Virus record (IMG/VR): IMGVR_UViG_3300029219_000144 | DNA from: a virus | Taxonomy: Duplodnaviria > Heunggongvirae > Uroviricota > Caudoviricetes | Direction: 5' to 3' (one strand) | Length of the DNA stretch: 62,402 nt | In this document: piece by piece, positions 10,167 to 18,735 of the stretch | Numbering within the stretch: position 1 is the first letter of the stretch | Layout: the number at the start of each line of letters is the position of its first letter | Translations under genes and position numbers: made by a program | The notes under the pieces: generated by a model | What the model saw: the letters and a program-made list of their open reading frames with translations, nothing else | The model's database searches: none | Told to the model about the DNA's origin: nothing

Positions 10167-10583
10167 GTGAAAATGATTTCACTGAAGCAACTTAATAAGG
10201 AAACCATCATGGGACTTGATATCTATATCGAGACACAGCCTAAAAACGATCTGAATAACGAGGCATCCAGAAAGCAGGTTGCTTACTTCCGTAAGTTCAA
10301 TGCGCTCGTTGGGTGGATGGAGCGCAACGTAGGTGAAGTCGAAAATTGTGAGCTTTTAGAATTAACGATGAATGACATTTGTCTTCTGAAAGCTCATTTG
10401 ATGCACATAAACGAAAGCAATTGCGAAGAGTACTTGCCTACTCGGGAAGGTTTTTTCTTCGGCAGTCAGGAGTACGACGAAGGTTACTGGCATGACGTGG
10501 ATAAGCTGAAAAAACTTGTGGAAGACCTGATCAGGAACCACGACTTTCACAATAACAGACTGACCTTCTGCGCCTGGTGGTAA
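10167..10583 (+). CDS. hypothetical phage protein (138 aa; alternative start 10209)
   Basis: ORF; ATG at 10209 (MGLDIYIE) has AAGGA RBS and may be the real start. Confidence 0.5.
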   Translation: MKMISLKQLNKETIMGLDIYIETQPKNDLNNEASRKQVAYFRKFNALVGWMERNVGEVENCELLELTMNDICLLKAHLMHINESNCEEYLPTREGFFFGSQEYDEGYWHDVDKLKKLVEDLIRNHDFHNNRLTFCAWW

Positions 10584-10585
10584 AT

Positions 10586-10729
10586 ATGGGCGATTTCAAG
10601 AAACGCCTGAAGGAAAGAGCCGAGATGGTCAGAAAGCAAAACGCCTCTTCTGTCATCAGATACGCAAGGCAGTTTAGTCGCAACAACAAATCAGTTGAGG
10701 AAAAGATCCTTAGCGTAATCGGTCGATAA
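10586..10729 (+). CDS. hypothetical small basic protein (47 aa)
   Basis: ATG 2 nt after the upstream stop; translated by hand as MGDFKKRLKERAEMVRKQNASSVIRYARQFSRNNKSVEEKILSVIGR; followed by a hairpin. Confidence 0.3.
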   Translation: MGDFKKRLKERAEMVRKQNASSVIRYARQFSRNNKSVEEKILSVIGR

Positions 10730-10734
10730 TTATT

Positions 10735-10758
10735 AAGGCCATCAGCATTGATGGCCTT
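10735..10758. other. Perfect 10-bp-stem hairpin AAGGCCATCA gcat TGATGGCCTT without a clear U-tract
   Basis: Inverted repeat read directly; possible terminator, RNA-processing or protein-binding site. Confidence 0.5.
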
Positions 10759-10784
10759 AAATGACCATCCTGTTTCCCGCAGGC

Positions 10785-10865
10785 TAAAAACACCAACCTC
10801 TTACCTCCAGGCAACCGACAAACCCACCTGTTCCCGTCCGGCTACCGCAACTTTCCACTTTGACG
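10785..10865 (+). repeat. Degenerate ~85-bp intergenic element, copy B (paired with 7607-7695)
   Basis: aaaacaccaacctcttacctccaggcaaccgacaaacccacctgttcccgtccggctaccgcaactttccac aligns by eye with copy A. Confidence 0.5.
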
Positions 10866-10898
10866 CCTTATTCGTACAACGATAATTAACACCAATAA

Positions 10899-10913
10899 GA
10901 AAACAATTTGTTA
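10899..10913. promoter_or_regulatory. Palindrome GAAAACAATTTGTTA (operator family)
   Basis: 20 nt upstream of the ATG at 10934. Confidence 0.5.
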
Positions 10914-10933
10914 TTTACGATAAGGAATTAATC

Positions 10934-11416
10934 ATGAATTTTATCGCTACTGTAAACGCACCCGCACATGGCAATATCGCTGTAACGTTCTCTGACATTG
11001 AAAAACGAGTACTTGGTGCATGGCGCGACAATGAGACGGTAGAACTGTCAGCACAAGAAAAATGCATTATTGCACGCGACATCATTGGCAATCGTCGTTA
11101 CTCGCGGGTATTTGAGAAAGCGTATGTGGTAAATTCTGGATTCGGAACGTTCGTCTTTCCGGTGCGCTCCGGGCGATTCTGCCAGTCCAAGCTGATTGAG
11201 TTCGCTACGCAGATTTCTGTCTGGATTAAAACTCAATCGTCGTTCAAATTTTCCGACGATGAAGCAGTATCGCAGGGGATGCGGATCGCCAACAATGCAA
11301 TTAAATGCAAAAACATTACGTATACCGCTGGCGTTGATACATGGAAACTGTTTTGCGCTAACTTTATGCTGAATGTATACGCAAGCAACCGCATCCACAT
11401 CCTTGATGGCGTGTAA
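10934..11416 (+). CDS. hypothetical phage protein (160 aa)
   Basis: ORF with AAGGAA RBS; terminator follows. Confidence 0.55.
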   Translation: MNFIATVNAPAHGNIAVTFSDIEKRVLGAWRDNETVELSAQEKCIIARDIIGNRRYSRVFEKAYVVNSGFGTFVFPVRSGRFCQSKLIEFATQISVWIKTQSSFKFSDDEAVSQGMRIANNAIKCKNITYTAGVDTWKLFCANFMLNVYASNRIHILDGV

Positions 11417-11421
11417 CTGAG

Positions 11422-11448
11422 AAGAGGGCCAGAAACGGCCCTTTCTCT
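11422..11448 (+). terminator. Rho-independent terminator
   Basis: AGGGCC agaaac GGCCCT followed by TTCTCT; the loop contains the iteron core AGAAACGG. Confidence 0.6.
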
Positions 11449-11466
11449 ATAGCCACCAGCTGCCGC

Positions 11467-11555
11467 AGGGAAATTTTCAGAAACGGCGAGGAACGTATTC
11501 ATGAGCCGACGGGAAACGGCCAGGATTTTTTCGGGAAACGGCTGCATTCGCCTTT
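11467..11555 (+). repeat. Second iteron-like cluster (3-4 copies of GGGAAACGGC)
   Basis: cagaaacggc, gggaaacggcc and gggaaacggctg within 90 bp; same core as the 8278-8420 cluster. Confidence 0.55.
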
Positions 11556-12011
11556 ATGTAGAAAAAACATCGGGAAGCTGGTGGAATCCAACCAGCGGTT
11601 GTCGGACAGGTGAGCGGGGAAAATTATGATGACTTTCGTCGCCTGAGACATCCAGATTTCTTTCGTAGCGTAATCACATACGTGATTAAGTGGTGTGATT
11701 ATGTGAAAAATCACGCGCACATAATACGCGAGCGGACACAGAACAACACAAAATGCCGATCCGCGCCGACAAATAAACGCGGATCACATAGCAAGACTAA
11801 AAGCCAATGATTAACCATACGCTATAGCGCAATATAACGCGTTTTAAGCGCGTTAATGTGTTAAGTAATGGGTATGTACTGGCAAGGATATAAAAGCGCG
11901 TCTATGGCGTTATTTTGGCGCTTATTTTTATGTTGTTGGAGTGAGTTAAAGACAATAAAAAACGCGCCATCATTGGCGCGTTATGGTGGGAGTATTGGAA
12001 ACGAAAAAAGC

Positions 12012-12048
12012 GCCCATAGTGGGCGCTCGATTTTATTTGTGTAAACTG
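12012..12048. terminator. Bidirectional hairpin terminator AGCGCCCAtagTGGGCGCT flanked by an A-run and a T-run
   Basis: Perfect 8-bp stem; T-rich on both strands. Confidence 0.65.
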
Positions 12049-12263
12049 ATTTTAAATCCCATTTCTACAAACGCTTTTAACATTAAAAAAATATCAGCGT
12101 CGTTCACGTCTGCTTTTTTTCGCTCCTGGTCGCTCAATAAGTCAATTTTGCGCGTTGTTTCATTTATAAGCTCGACTGCGCGCCCAGCGTAACCAGCGAT
12201 CCCAGCGATGCGATTAACATAATATTCGTTATGGACGTTAACGCCAGCGATAAGAACAAACAT
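12033..12263 (-). CDS. hypothetical protein (76 aa), AT-rich moron cassette
   Basis: Minus-strand ORF in a low-GC block; its stop overlaps the terminator hairpin. Confidence 0.45.
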   Translation of the reverse strand: MFVLIAGVNVHNEYYVNRIAGIAGYAGRAVELINETTRKIDLLSDQERKKADVNDADIFLMLKAFVEMGFKISLHK

Positions 12264-12283
12264 GATTAAGCTCCTTAAAAAAA

Positions 12284-12487
12284 TTAAATAGAATTTTGAA
12301 GTTTTCCGATTAATGCGCTTAAACGTAAGTATTCACGTTTGCGCTTGCAATCTCGCTTGCTGTTAAGCAAATCAGAAAACGTAAAATTTAATTGGTCGCG
12401 TTGCGCGATCAAATCATCGATTAATTCCAGTTTATAAGCGCGATACTTTGCGCGATATTCCGCGCGGATCTTGTCATAGCTGACCAT
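12284..12487 (-). CDS. hypothetical protein (67 aa; ORF-track start at 12532 lies inside a hairpin)
   Basis: Start set at MVSYDKIRAEYRAKY with AAGGAG RBS 8 nt upstream. Confidence 0.45.
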   Translation of the reverse strand: MVSYDKIRAEYRAKYRAYKLELIDDLIAQRDQLNFTFSDLLNSKRDCKRKREYLRLSALIGKLQNSI

Positions 12488-12504
12488 TTTTAAAGCTCCT
12501 TTAA

Positions 12505-12523
12505 AGCGCCCATAGTGGGCGCT
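12505..12523. other. Second copy of the hairpin AGCGCCCATAGTGGGCGCT (identical to 12018-12036)
   Basis: Same 19-bp sequence between the 216-aa gene stop and the next gene's RBS. Confidence 0.6.
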
Positions 12524-12535
12524 TGATTCCATTAA

Positions 12536-13186
12536 TTACGCTTTGAAAGCATCAGCTAAATAATTGTAGAAATCATTTTTAATGAAGCGATATTGCTGAG
12601 TACCAGCTTTCGCGCTCCCAGCTCCTTTGACTTTTTCAACAAGTCCAAGACGTTCGCAAAGATTGATCAACTGGTTGGCTTGAGTATAGCCAGCGTCCAA
12701 TTTAATTTCACACGCTTTTTTAGCTTCATTCATTAAATCGAAAACAGCGCCATTGGTGAACGTGTCGATCTCGTCGTTAATCATATCGATTAAAGCGAAT
12801 ACACGAGATCCTGACATATCAGCGATGGAATAAACGCATTTACCAGATTTAATTGATTTAACCAGATAAACCAGTTTTTCCAGAGAATAACTATTAGTCA
12901 TTGCATCACGGAAAAATACTTCTGGCGCTTGTTTGCTTGCTTTAATCGCATAGTAAAAAACAGAGCATAATTTTTCGTCTTCTACAGCGTTTACAACGTT
13001 GTTGATGAAGTAAGCAAGTTTAGTGGTCGCAGCTTGCATATTTGCTTTGTCTGCTTTAGTGTGCGTACCATTTTTATAATGTTCGTTATATGTTTGAGTT
13101 GCCAGATCTGCTTTTTCGCGCAGCTCGTCGGATACAATAGATGCAGCTTCAATGATGGACTTTTTAGAAATGATAATGTTAGCCAT
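12536..13186 (-). CDS. hypothetical protein (216 aa), AT-rich moron cassette
   Basis: Minus-strand ORF in a low-GC block; no motif recognised. Confidence 0.55.
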   Translation of the reverse strand: MANIIISKKSIIEAASIVSDELREKADLATQTYNEHYKNGTHTKADKANMQAATTKLAYFINNVVNAVEDEKLCSVFYYAIKASKQAPEVFFRDAMTNSYSLEKLVYLVKSIKSGKCVYSIADMSGSRVFALIDMINDEIDTFTNGAVFDLMNEAKKACEIKLDAGYTQANQLINLCERLGLVEKVKGAGSAKAGTQQYRFIKNDFYNYLADAFKA

Positions 13187-13423
13187 GATAATTTTTCCTT
13201 ATGTAAATTTAAAATTTATTGTCGTTAGCGTCTTCGCTTTCGACGAGTTCAATTATCGATACGCGAAAAAAGATTGCAAGTGTTTTTTTAAAATTTTTTG
13301 CAGGGATGAAAGTCCTAGAAATAAAAGCGAGATCGTCGAAGGTGTTCCCTAAATAAATAATCGATTCCGGCTTTCGACCTTATATATATTTAGATTATTT
13401 GATTTATAGATATAAAGAAGTGA

Positions 13424-13447
13424 TGTGAAAAATAATAACCGGACTTA
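13424..13447 (-). terminator. Hairpin terminator for the minus-strand gene ending at 13470
   Basis: TAACCGG acttag CCGGTTA followed on the minus strand by a U-rich tract. Confidence 0.5.
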
Positions 13448-13469
13448 GCCGGTTATTAACCTTATAGAT

Positions 13470-13778
13470 TTATTGAACAGACTCTACAGCCTTACGATTG
13501 GTGTCAAATAGCGCATCAACGAACTGTGCCGATGACTCGCTAGATTCGCAATCCAACATTGCCCGTTCTTCATTTGCCACTTTCTTACACAGTTCCACAT
13601 TCTCACCTATCGCTTTTCCTGCTTTTACGGCTGCCGAAAATTGATACATGCAAACTGATACATTCTGAGACGTTGAGCACACGTCATTCATCAGCGACTG
13701 AATGACAGGCTTATAGTCCATTGCATTTGCCGCAACTGAGCAAAGTAAAAATAATGGTGGTAACAATATCGATTTCAT
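13470..13778 (-). CDS. hypothetical secreted/periplasmic protein (102 aa, signal peptide)
   Basis: N-terminus MKSILLPPLFLLCSVAANA then MDYKP; several Cys residues. Confidence 0.55.
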   Translation of the reverse strand: MKSILLPPLFLLCSVAANAMDYKPVIQSLMNDVCSTSQNVSVCMYQFSAAVKAGKAIGENVELCKKVANEERAMLDCESSESSAQFVDALFDTNRKAVESVQ

Positions 13779-13781
13779 AAC

Positions 13782-14306
13782 TCAAAAAGGCAAAATTCGT
13801 TCAACCCAATCGAACAAAACAACTATTTTTCTACCGTTCTCGACACGTAGTGTAACCTGACAAGCATCTGCGCCTGCTGACACCCCCTCAATTTCACGGC
13901 CATCCGCCATGTACACCCTTATAGATTTGTTTGCTTTGTAGGCTTGGTTGCAAATTGCAAAAAAATCGCGGCGTGATGGCCGATTATCGACATAATCAGG
14001 GTGAACTGTTAGTCGACCTTTGAAATCGTGAGCGATACTGTCAACCACACCTGATTCAATTGTACTAATGCGTTCAAGTGGGAGCCTTATACGATTTTCT
14101 TTGTCAAAAGGGGCTGGGCAAAGGTCAACTTTGTTACGAGATGGCATGAGGCCATAAACGTACATGCAAAACGCCTGGCCATCTTCGAGAGTGACCCTTA
14201 CAGGAATTTGTTCTCTGCGCCAGAACATCAGTAGTTTTTCAACGTTAGTGTAATCTCGCGGCCAGAGTTCAGCTTGGATACCGTAGGTAATATCTTTGGT
14301 TGTCAT
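13782..14306 (-). CDS. hypothetical protein (174 aa; ORF-track start 14384 overlaps the upstream gene)
   Basis: Start set at MTTKDITYG, 4 nt after the upstream stop. Confidence 0.45.
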   Translation of the reverse strand: MTTKDITYGIQAELWPRDYTNVEKLLMFWRREQIPVRVTLEDGQAFCMYVYGLMPSRNKVDLCPAPFDKENRIRLPLERISTIESGVVDSIAHDFKGRLTVHPDYVDNRPSRRDFFAICNQAYKANKSIRVYMADGREIEGVSAGADACQVTLRVENGRKIVVLFDWVERILPF

Positions 14307-14310
14307 GTCA

Positions 14311-14775
14311 TCACAGAGTTGTTGGCAGAATGTCGATGTCACCAGAATTGCTGGTGAACACCCTGAACGCTTTTGTGTCTCCATTCTTCAGAGTCGTTTC
14401 TCGCTCTTGACGAGCGGGGTTTAGAGCACATAAACCTGCACCTTCAAGAGATGCACCCACAATTAATTCTCCGGCATTTAAATGGAAAGTCGCTTTTTCG
14501 CCTGTAGCCAGTTTTGCGACAGTTTCGCCGTTGATGAAAATGGAAGCATCACATCCAGCTCCTACAAAACCTGTGTCTCTCATTACCACCAACGTAGCTG
14601 GCGCTGCGCTTTGATACTTGAACACTTTGGCCTGCGGTGCTGGTTTGGCGTCATGGATTGATATTGGGCGTGATTGGCACGCGGTAAGCATCAACACTGG
14701 TAACGTTAGTAGAGGGAGAAGCGAGTATTTCATGATAGTTTTAGAACAGAAAGTGAACAGTATGGGAGACTTCAT
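14311..14775 (-). CDS. putative lipoprotein (154 aa)
   Basis: Hydrophobic N-terminal segment ending in lipobox LMLTAC; GGGAG RBS upstream of the 14775 start. Confidence 0.5.
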   Translation of the reverse strand: MKSPILFTFCSKTIMKYSLLPLLTLPVLMLTACQSRPISIHDAKPAPQAKVFKYQSAAPATLVVMRDTGFVGAGCDASIFINGETVAKLATGEKATFHLNAGELIVGASLEGAGLCALNPARQERETTLKNGDTKAFRVFTSNSGDIDILPTTL

Positions 14776-14801
14776 CTTTGTCTCCCTAATTGATAGCGTG
14801 A

Positions 14802-15080
14802 TTATTTTAATCTGCTTAATAGCGTTTCGAGATCTTCCTTTGTCATATTAGAGTTCTCATAGATACGCATGATTTTCTCACGAGTCTTAGCGGAAGCCCC
14901 GACAGAAGATATAACCTTGTCAAAGTCGGCCATTGTCAATTGTTCCAGAATGGTATTTATGACTTCAGCCTTAGACATTTTGATATTTTTTTCTTTTAGT
15001 TTCACTTGAAACTTTCCAAGTTTGTCATTGGCCTTATCAGACAATGCTACCTGACAATAAGTTGTTTTCTTTTCGCTCAT
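14802..15080 (-). CDS. hypothetical small protein (92 aa), possibly a ribbon-helix-helix-like DNA binder
   Basis: ORF directly downstream of the helicase gene; composition weakly suggests beta-strand then helices; not verified. Confidence 0.4.
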   Translation of the reverse strand: MSEKKTTYCQVALSDKANDKLGKFQVKLKEKNIKMSKAEVINTILEQLTMADFDKVISSVGASAKTREKIMRIYENSNMTKEDLETLLSRLK

Positions 15081-15082
15081 AA

Positions 15083-16642
15083 CTAATCTCGTTTCAGAAC
15101 TCCAAAATCGAATGCTCCATCAATAGGCAATACACCTTCTGCAAAGCCAGGTGTGGTGTCGATGATGTGTTTTCGCTCATAAGAGTGAGACAACAGGTAT
15201 TTGTTGCTAATGTCAATGAAATCAGTGATAAAACACACGTTTGCCTGATTTTTTTTGGCTCGTAAGCCACGACCGACACGCTGCCTCATTTCAACTTCTG
15301 CTTTCCCACCACCAGCAAGAATGACCGCACCAACGCTTGGCACATCAACACCGACATCCAGAATAGTCGAGCCTATTAAAACATCTATTTCTCCAGACGC
15401 TAAACTGTTCAGCTTTGCTTGCCTTGTCGCCTGGTTAGATTCCCCATAGATGAAGTCAACTCTAAGGCCGGACTCTTTCATCATTTCCATCAGGATTTGC
15501 CCGTGGCGTTTAAGACGAACCAGAGTCATACAATTGAGAGAATGTTGCTTATAGAGCAATGCTTCGCGAACAATGGCCTCGTTACGTCCCAAATTATACA
15601 CGATCCCCAACTGATAAGCCTTTTGGTAGGCGGTGCTCATACCAACTCTAAAATTGAGGTGTTTGTTGGCAAGTTCGGCCTTGATTCTGGCCTCGTCTGG
15701 CTTGTAGGCAACTTTATGATAAAGGAAGTACGGCTTTGCCAGAATGCCTCGATCAATCAGGTACTTTTCTGTGACTTTAATTTCAATTCGCCCGGCCACC
15801 GCCATCAGGCGCATGTTGGCTTCCGTCGAATCCTTCATGAACGGCGTGGCTGTAAGCGCCAGACGATAGTCTGCGTTCACACATAATCTGGCGATGTCAT
15901 AGAAATTTGAGCCTGAAGACTCATGCGCCTCTTCCAGAATAAGAAGAGAGACACTTGAAAGGAAGCGTTTCACCAACTCCCGACGTTTGAGGTGGTAGCT
16001 TTTCTTATCTGGTGTTGCATCGCGTGGTGGTTCTTCGAGGAAACTTGCAAGAGTTTGAACTGTAGCGACGTTGATATGTCGTGATACCTGGAACTCACCC
16101 GAGCCAATGACTCCAACCTTTTGGTCTTTTAACCACGGTTCGCCATTTTTGGCGCGGTAGTCGATGGATCTCTGGAAGTTTTCGGCCATTTGAAACATCA
16201 GAACAGAGCGGGTTGTTAAAAATAATGTCATTCGACCGATACGTGCAGCTGCTTTGCAGGCAACATTAGATTTCCCGCCACCAGTAGCGATCTGCGCAAT
16301 CATCATTCCCTCTCGAACCAGTGTTTCCACAGTCTGATCCTGATACGCATAATCAGGATTGTATGGGAATGGGTTAACCGCCGGATTTGGTTTTCCAAGC
16401 GCCGGGGCTTTGTCTTTGCGGATATGAACACATTTGATGCCCGCCTTGTTCAAGTTCGCCGCTACAGGCTTGGCAAAGCCAGCAGGGAACGAGTTTTTAC
16501 TCCAGTTGAACATCGTGCTTGTGCCCTTCCAGTCGCCAGTCTCGACTTCGTAGCTCAACATTTGCTGCACCAGTTGCTTTACCTTGTCATCTGCGCCAGA
16601 AATAAGCGCATTTACTGCGTTAGATACAATCCGAACAGTCAT
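15083..16642 (-). CDS. Superfamily 2 DEAD/DEAH-box type helicase
   Basis: Motif I QIATGGGKS, motif II LILEEAHES, motif VI QRVGRGLR in a 519-aa ORF. Confidence 0.8.
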   Translation of the reverse strand: MTVRIVSNAVNALISGADDKVKQLVQQMLSYEVETGDWKGTSTMFNWSKNSFPAGFAKPVAANLNKAGIKCVHIRKDKAPALGKPNPAVNPFPYNPDYAYQDQTVETLVREGMMIAQIATGGGKSNVACKAAARIGRMTLFLTTRSVLMFQMAENFQRSIDYRAKNGEPWLKDQKVGVIGSGEFQVSRHINVATVQTLASFLEEPPRDATPDKKSYHLKRRELVKRFLSSVSLLILEEAHESSGSNFYDIARLCVNADYRLALTATPFMKDSTEANMRLMAVAGRIEIKVTEKYLIDRGILAKPYFLYHKVAYKPDEARIKAELANKHLNFRVGMSTAYQKAYQLGIVYNLGRNEAIVREALLYKQHSLNCMTLVRLKRHGQILMEMMKESGLRVDFIYGESNQATRQAKLNSLASGEIDVLIGSTILDVGVDVPSVGAVILAGGGKAEVEMRQRVGRGLRAKKNQANVCFITDFIDISNKYLLSHSYERKHIIDTTPGFAEGVLPIDGAFDFGVLKRD

Positions 16643-16687
16643 AAACCTCTTTCCTTAGTGCCTTTTGTATGTTATTTGGCTATTATA

Positions 16688-16706
16688 ATAAGTAAGTGAT
16701 TACTTA
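16688..16706. promoter_or_regulatory. Palindrome TAAGTAAGTGATTACTTAG in the divergent promoter region between the helicase and ParB-like genes
   Basis: AAGTA..TACTT inverted repeat between divergently oriented genes. Confidence 0.45.
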
Positions 16707-17405
16707 GTGGATTGTAGCAATAAAATGGATGTAAAAATCACGATTTTGCAGGTTGATGTTGCCAACCTTCGCCCGAATACCTGGAACACCAATTCGGTTG
16801 GTGCGCAGAATTTTGAAAAACTGAAAGGTTCTATCGAAAAATTGGGCTTTTTTAAGCCAATTTTGGCTCGTGAACTTGAAGATGGATTTTTTGAAATCCT
16901 CGGCGGCGAACATCGCTGGCGTGCTGCTATTGAGCAAGGAATTTCAACGGTTCCGGTGCTTTCTGTGGGCAAAATTAGCGATGTCGTAGCTAAACAGATG
17001 TCACTGGTGGACAACGAGCGATACGGTGAAGACGACCAAATCGCATTGCAACGCTTCATTGAAGAAATTCAGTCAGAACTTGACTATCAACTGTCTGAAA
17101 TCGCCCCGTATGACGACGAAATCTCGATGGTTTTAGCAAAAGAGGCGGCAATCGACCTTGAAGCACTGGAGGCGTTGTCTCGTGGTAGTGATGAGCCTGT
17201 CGATACCGACAAACGAGAGAAAACCGAACGTGTGGGGGCGGAACATCAGACCATGCGCTTCAAAGTAACTTTCGATGCGTCAGATCGTGTTGCAGAAACC
17301 ATAAAAAACATCATCAAAGAGCAGGCTATTAACACCGGTAATGAAATGGAGAACGCTGGTGAGGCTCTGGTGTGGCTGGTCGACTACTACAAGGAGCGTA
17401 TGTAA
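16707..17405 (+). CDS. ParB N-terminal domain (ParB/Srx-like nuclease fold) protein 1
   Basis: GGEHRWRAA motif typical of the ParB N-terminal domain; GTG start at 16707 or ATG at 16725. Confidence 0.65.
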   Translation: MDCSNKMDVKITILQVDVANLRPNTWNTNSVGAQNFEKLKGSIEKLGFFKPILARELEDGFFEILGGEHRWRAAIEQGISTVPVLSVGKISDVVAKQMSLVDNERYGEDDQIALQRFIEEIQSELDYQLSEIAPYDDEISMVLAKEAAIDLEALEALSRGSDEPVDTDKREKTERVGAEHQTMRFKVTFDASDRVAETIKNIIKEQAINTGNEMENAGEALVWLVDYYKERM

Positions 17406-18073
17406 TGACCAAAAAGTTTGAAATCGTATATCGCGACCCGGCAGATCTTATTCCCTATGAGATGAATGCCAAAAAGCATGATGAACAGCAGATCCGAGAT
17501 CTGGCCGCAGCCATTAAAAAGCGCGGATTTGACCAGCCAATTACGGTCGATAAGAACGACGTAATTATTACTGGCCACGGCCGCCGTGAGGCTGCAATTT
17601 TTGCTGGACTTGAGCGCGTGCCGGTTATTGTTCGCGATGATCTCAGTGATGACGAGGTTCGTGCGAAGCGCCTTGAAGATAACCGACTTGCCAGCATTGA
17701 TTACGATGCAATTAAGCTACAGAAAGAGCTTGAGTCGCTTGTTCTGGACGATATCGAGGTTTTCGGCTTTGAAGAGCGTGAGTTGAATGTTCTCGTTGGC
17801 AGTATGACAGAAGAAATGGACACCGACTCGCTAGTTATCGATCTTGGCGAAGAAACTAAACGACAGAAGGATGAACACACCGAGATCAGTCGCGAAGTTG
17901 CAGCGGAAGAAGTACGTGTTGTCGACGTATTGGGCTTTAAAACGCTTCCTGCTGGCTCTGCCATTGTTGTTGGTGATTTGCTTGCCCACATGGAAGAAAT
18001 GACGGGAGAGAGCGGGGTAGACGCATTTGTGGCATATGCGGAGAAGATCTCTTCCGGGGAGATGGCTGCATGA
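17405..18073 (+). CDS. ParB N-terminal domain protein 2 (paralog)
   Basis: ITGHGRREAA motif; ATG overlaps the upstream stop (TAATG). Confidence 0.65.
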   Translation: MTKKFEIVYRDPADLIPYEMNAKKHDEQQIRDLAAAIKKRGFDQPITVDKNDVIITGHGRREAAIFAGLERVPVIVRDDLSDDEVRAKRLEDNRLASIDYDAIKLQKELESLVLDDIEVFGFEERELNVLVGSMTEEMDTDSLVIDLGEETKRQKDEHTEISREVAAEEVRVVDVLGFKTLPAGSAIVVGDLLAHMEEMTGESGVDAFVAYAEKISSGEMAA

Positions 18074-18735
18074 GCAAATACATCATCAACGTATCGTTTC
18101 AGACTCGCGTAAATAAAACCACGCGCACGCTGGAAATCGCCGAGTCGTTCGGGCTTGGTCTGGACGAAAAAGAGTGGACGCTTTACGACAAACTGGAGCT
18201 GGAAGTAAAGCAGGGCGATGTGGTGTACATCACCGGCCAATCCGGTTCAGGCAAATCCGTTGTGCTACGCGAGCTGCAACGCCAGATGAAGGATGAAGGG
18301 CTTTCTGTAGCTTCTATTGATGACTTTACCTTCGATAATGAGGTTAACGTCATTGACCAACTGGGCAAAACTACCAGTGATGCGCTTGGGTTGTTATCTA
18401 TGGCTGGTCTGAACGATGCATATATGTTTGTTCGCAAGCCTTCTGAAATGTCAGACGGCCAGAAATATCGTCTCAAGATTGCCAAACTGATTGAGTCAGG
18501 CGCTAAAGTATGGGCTGCTGACGAGTTCGGCGCTGTTCTCGACCGTGTAACCGCTCAGGTTGTGGCGTCTAACCTCCAGCGTGCCGCTCGAAAGGTTGGT
18601 GCGACGGTAATGGTGGCGACGACTCACGAAGACCTGAAGAACGCGCTGCGCCCTGATATGCAGATCACCAAGCACTACAAAGAACGCGTGAAGGTGGAAT
18701 ATCACAATGGTAGTCATGATGAGGTCCATTCATGA
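18070..18735 (+). CDS. Stand-alone ABC-type ATPase domain protein (221 aa)
   Basis: Walker A GQSGSGKS, signature-like SDGQKYR, Walker B VWAADEF, H-loop TTHE; start overlaps the upstream stop. Confidence 0.65.
   Translation: MSKYIINVSFQTRVNKTTRTLEIAESFGLGLDEKEWTLYDKLELEVKQGDVVYITGQSGSGKSVVLRELQRQMKDEGLSVASIDDFTFDNEVNVIDQLGKTTSDALGLLSMAGLNDAYMFVRKPSEMSDGQKYRLKIAKLIESGAKVWAADEFGAVLDRVTAQVVASNLQRAARKVGATVMVATTHEDLKNALRPDMQITKHYKERVKVEYHNGSHDEVHS

Noticed and set aside
13801-13830. Operator-like sequence AAAACAACTATTTTT
   Set aside because: Not palindromic and located inside the 3' coding region of a minus-strand gene.
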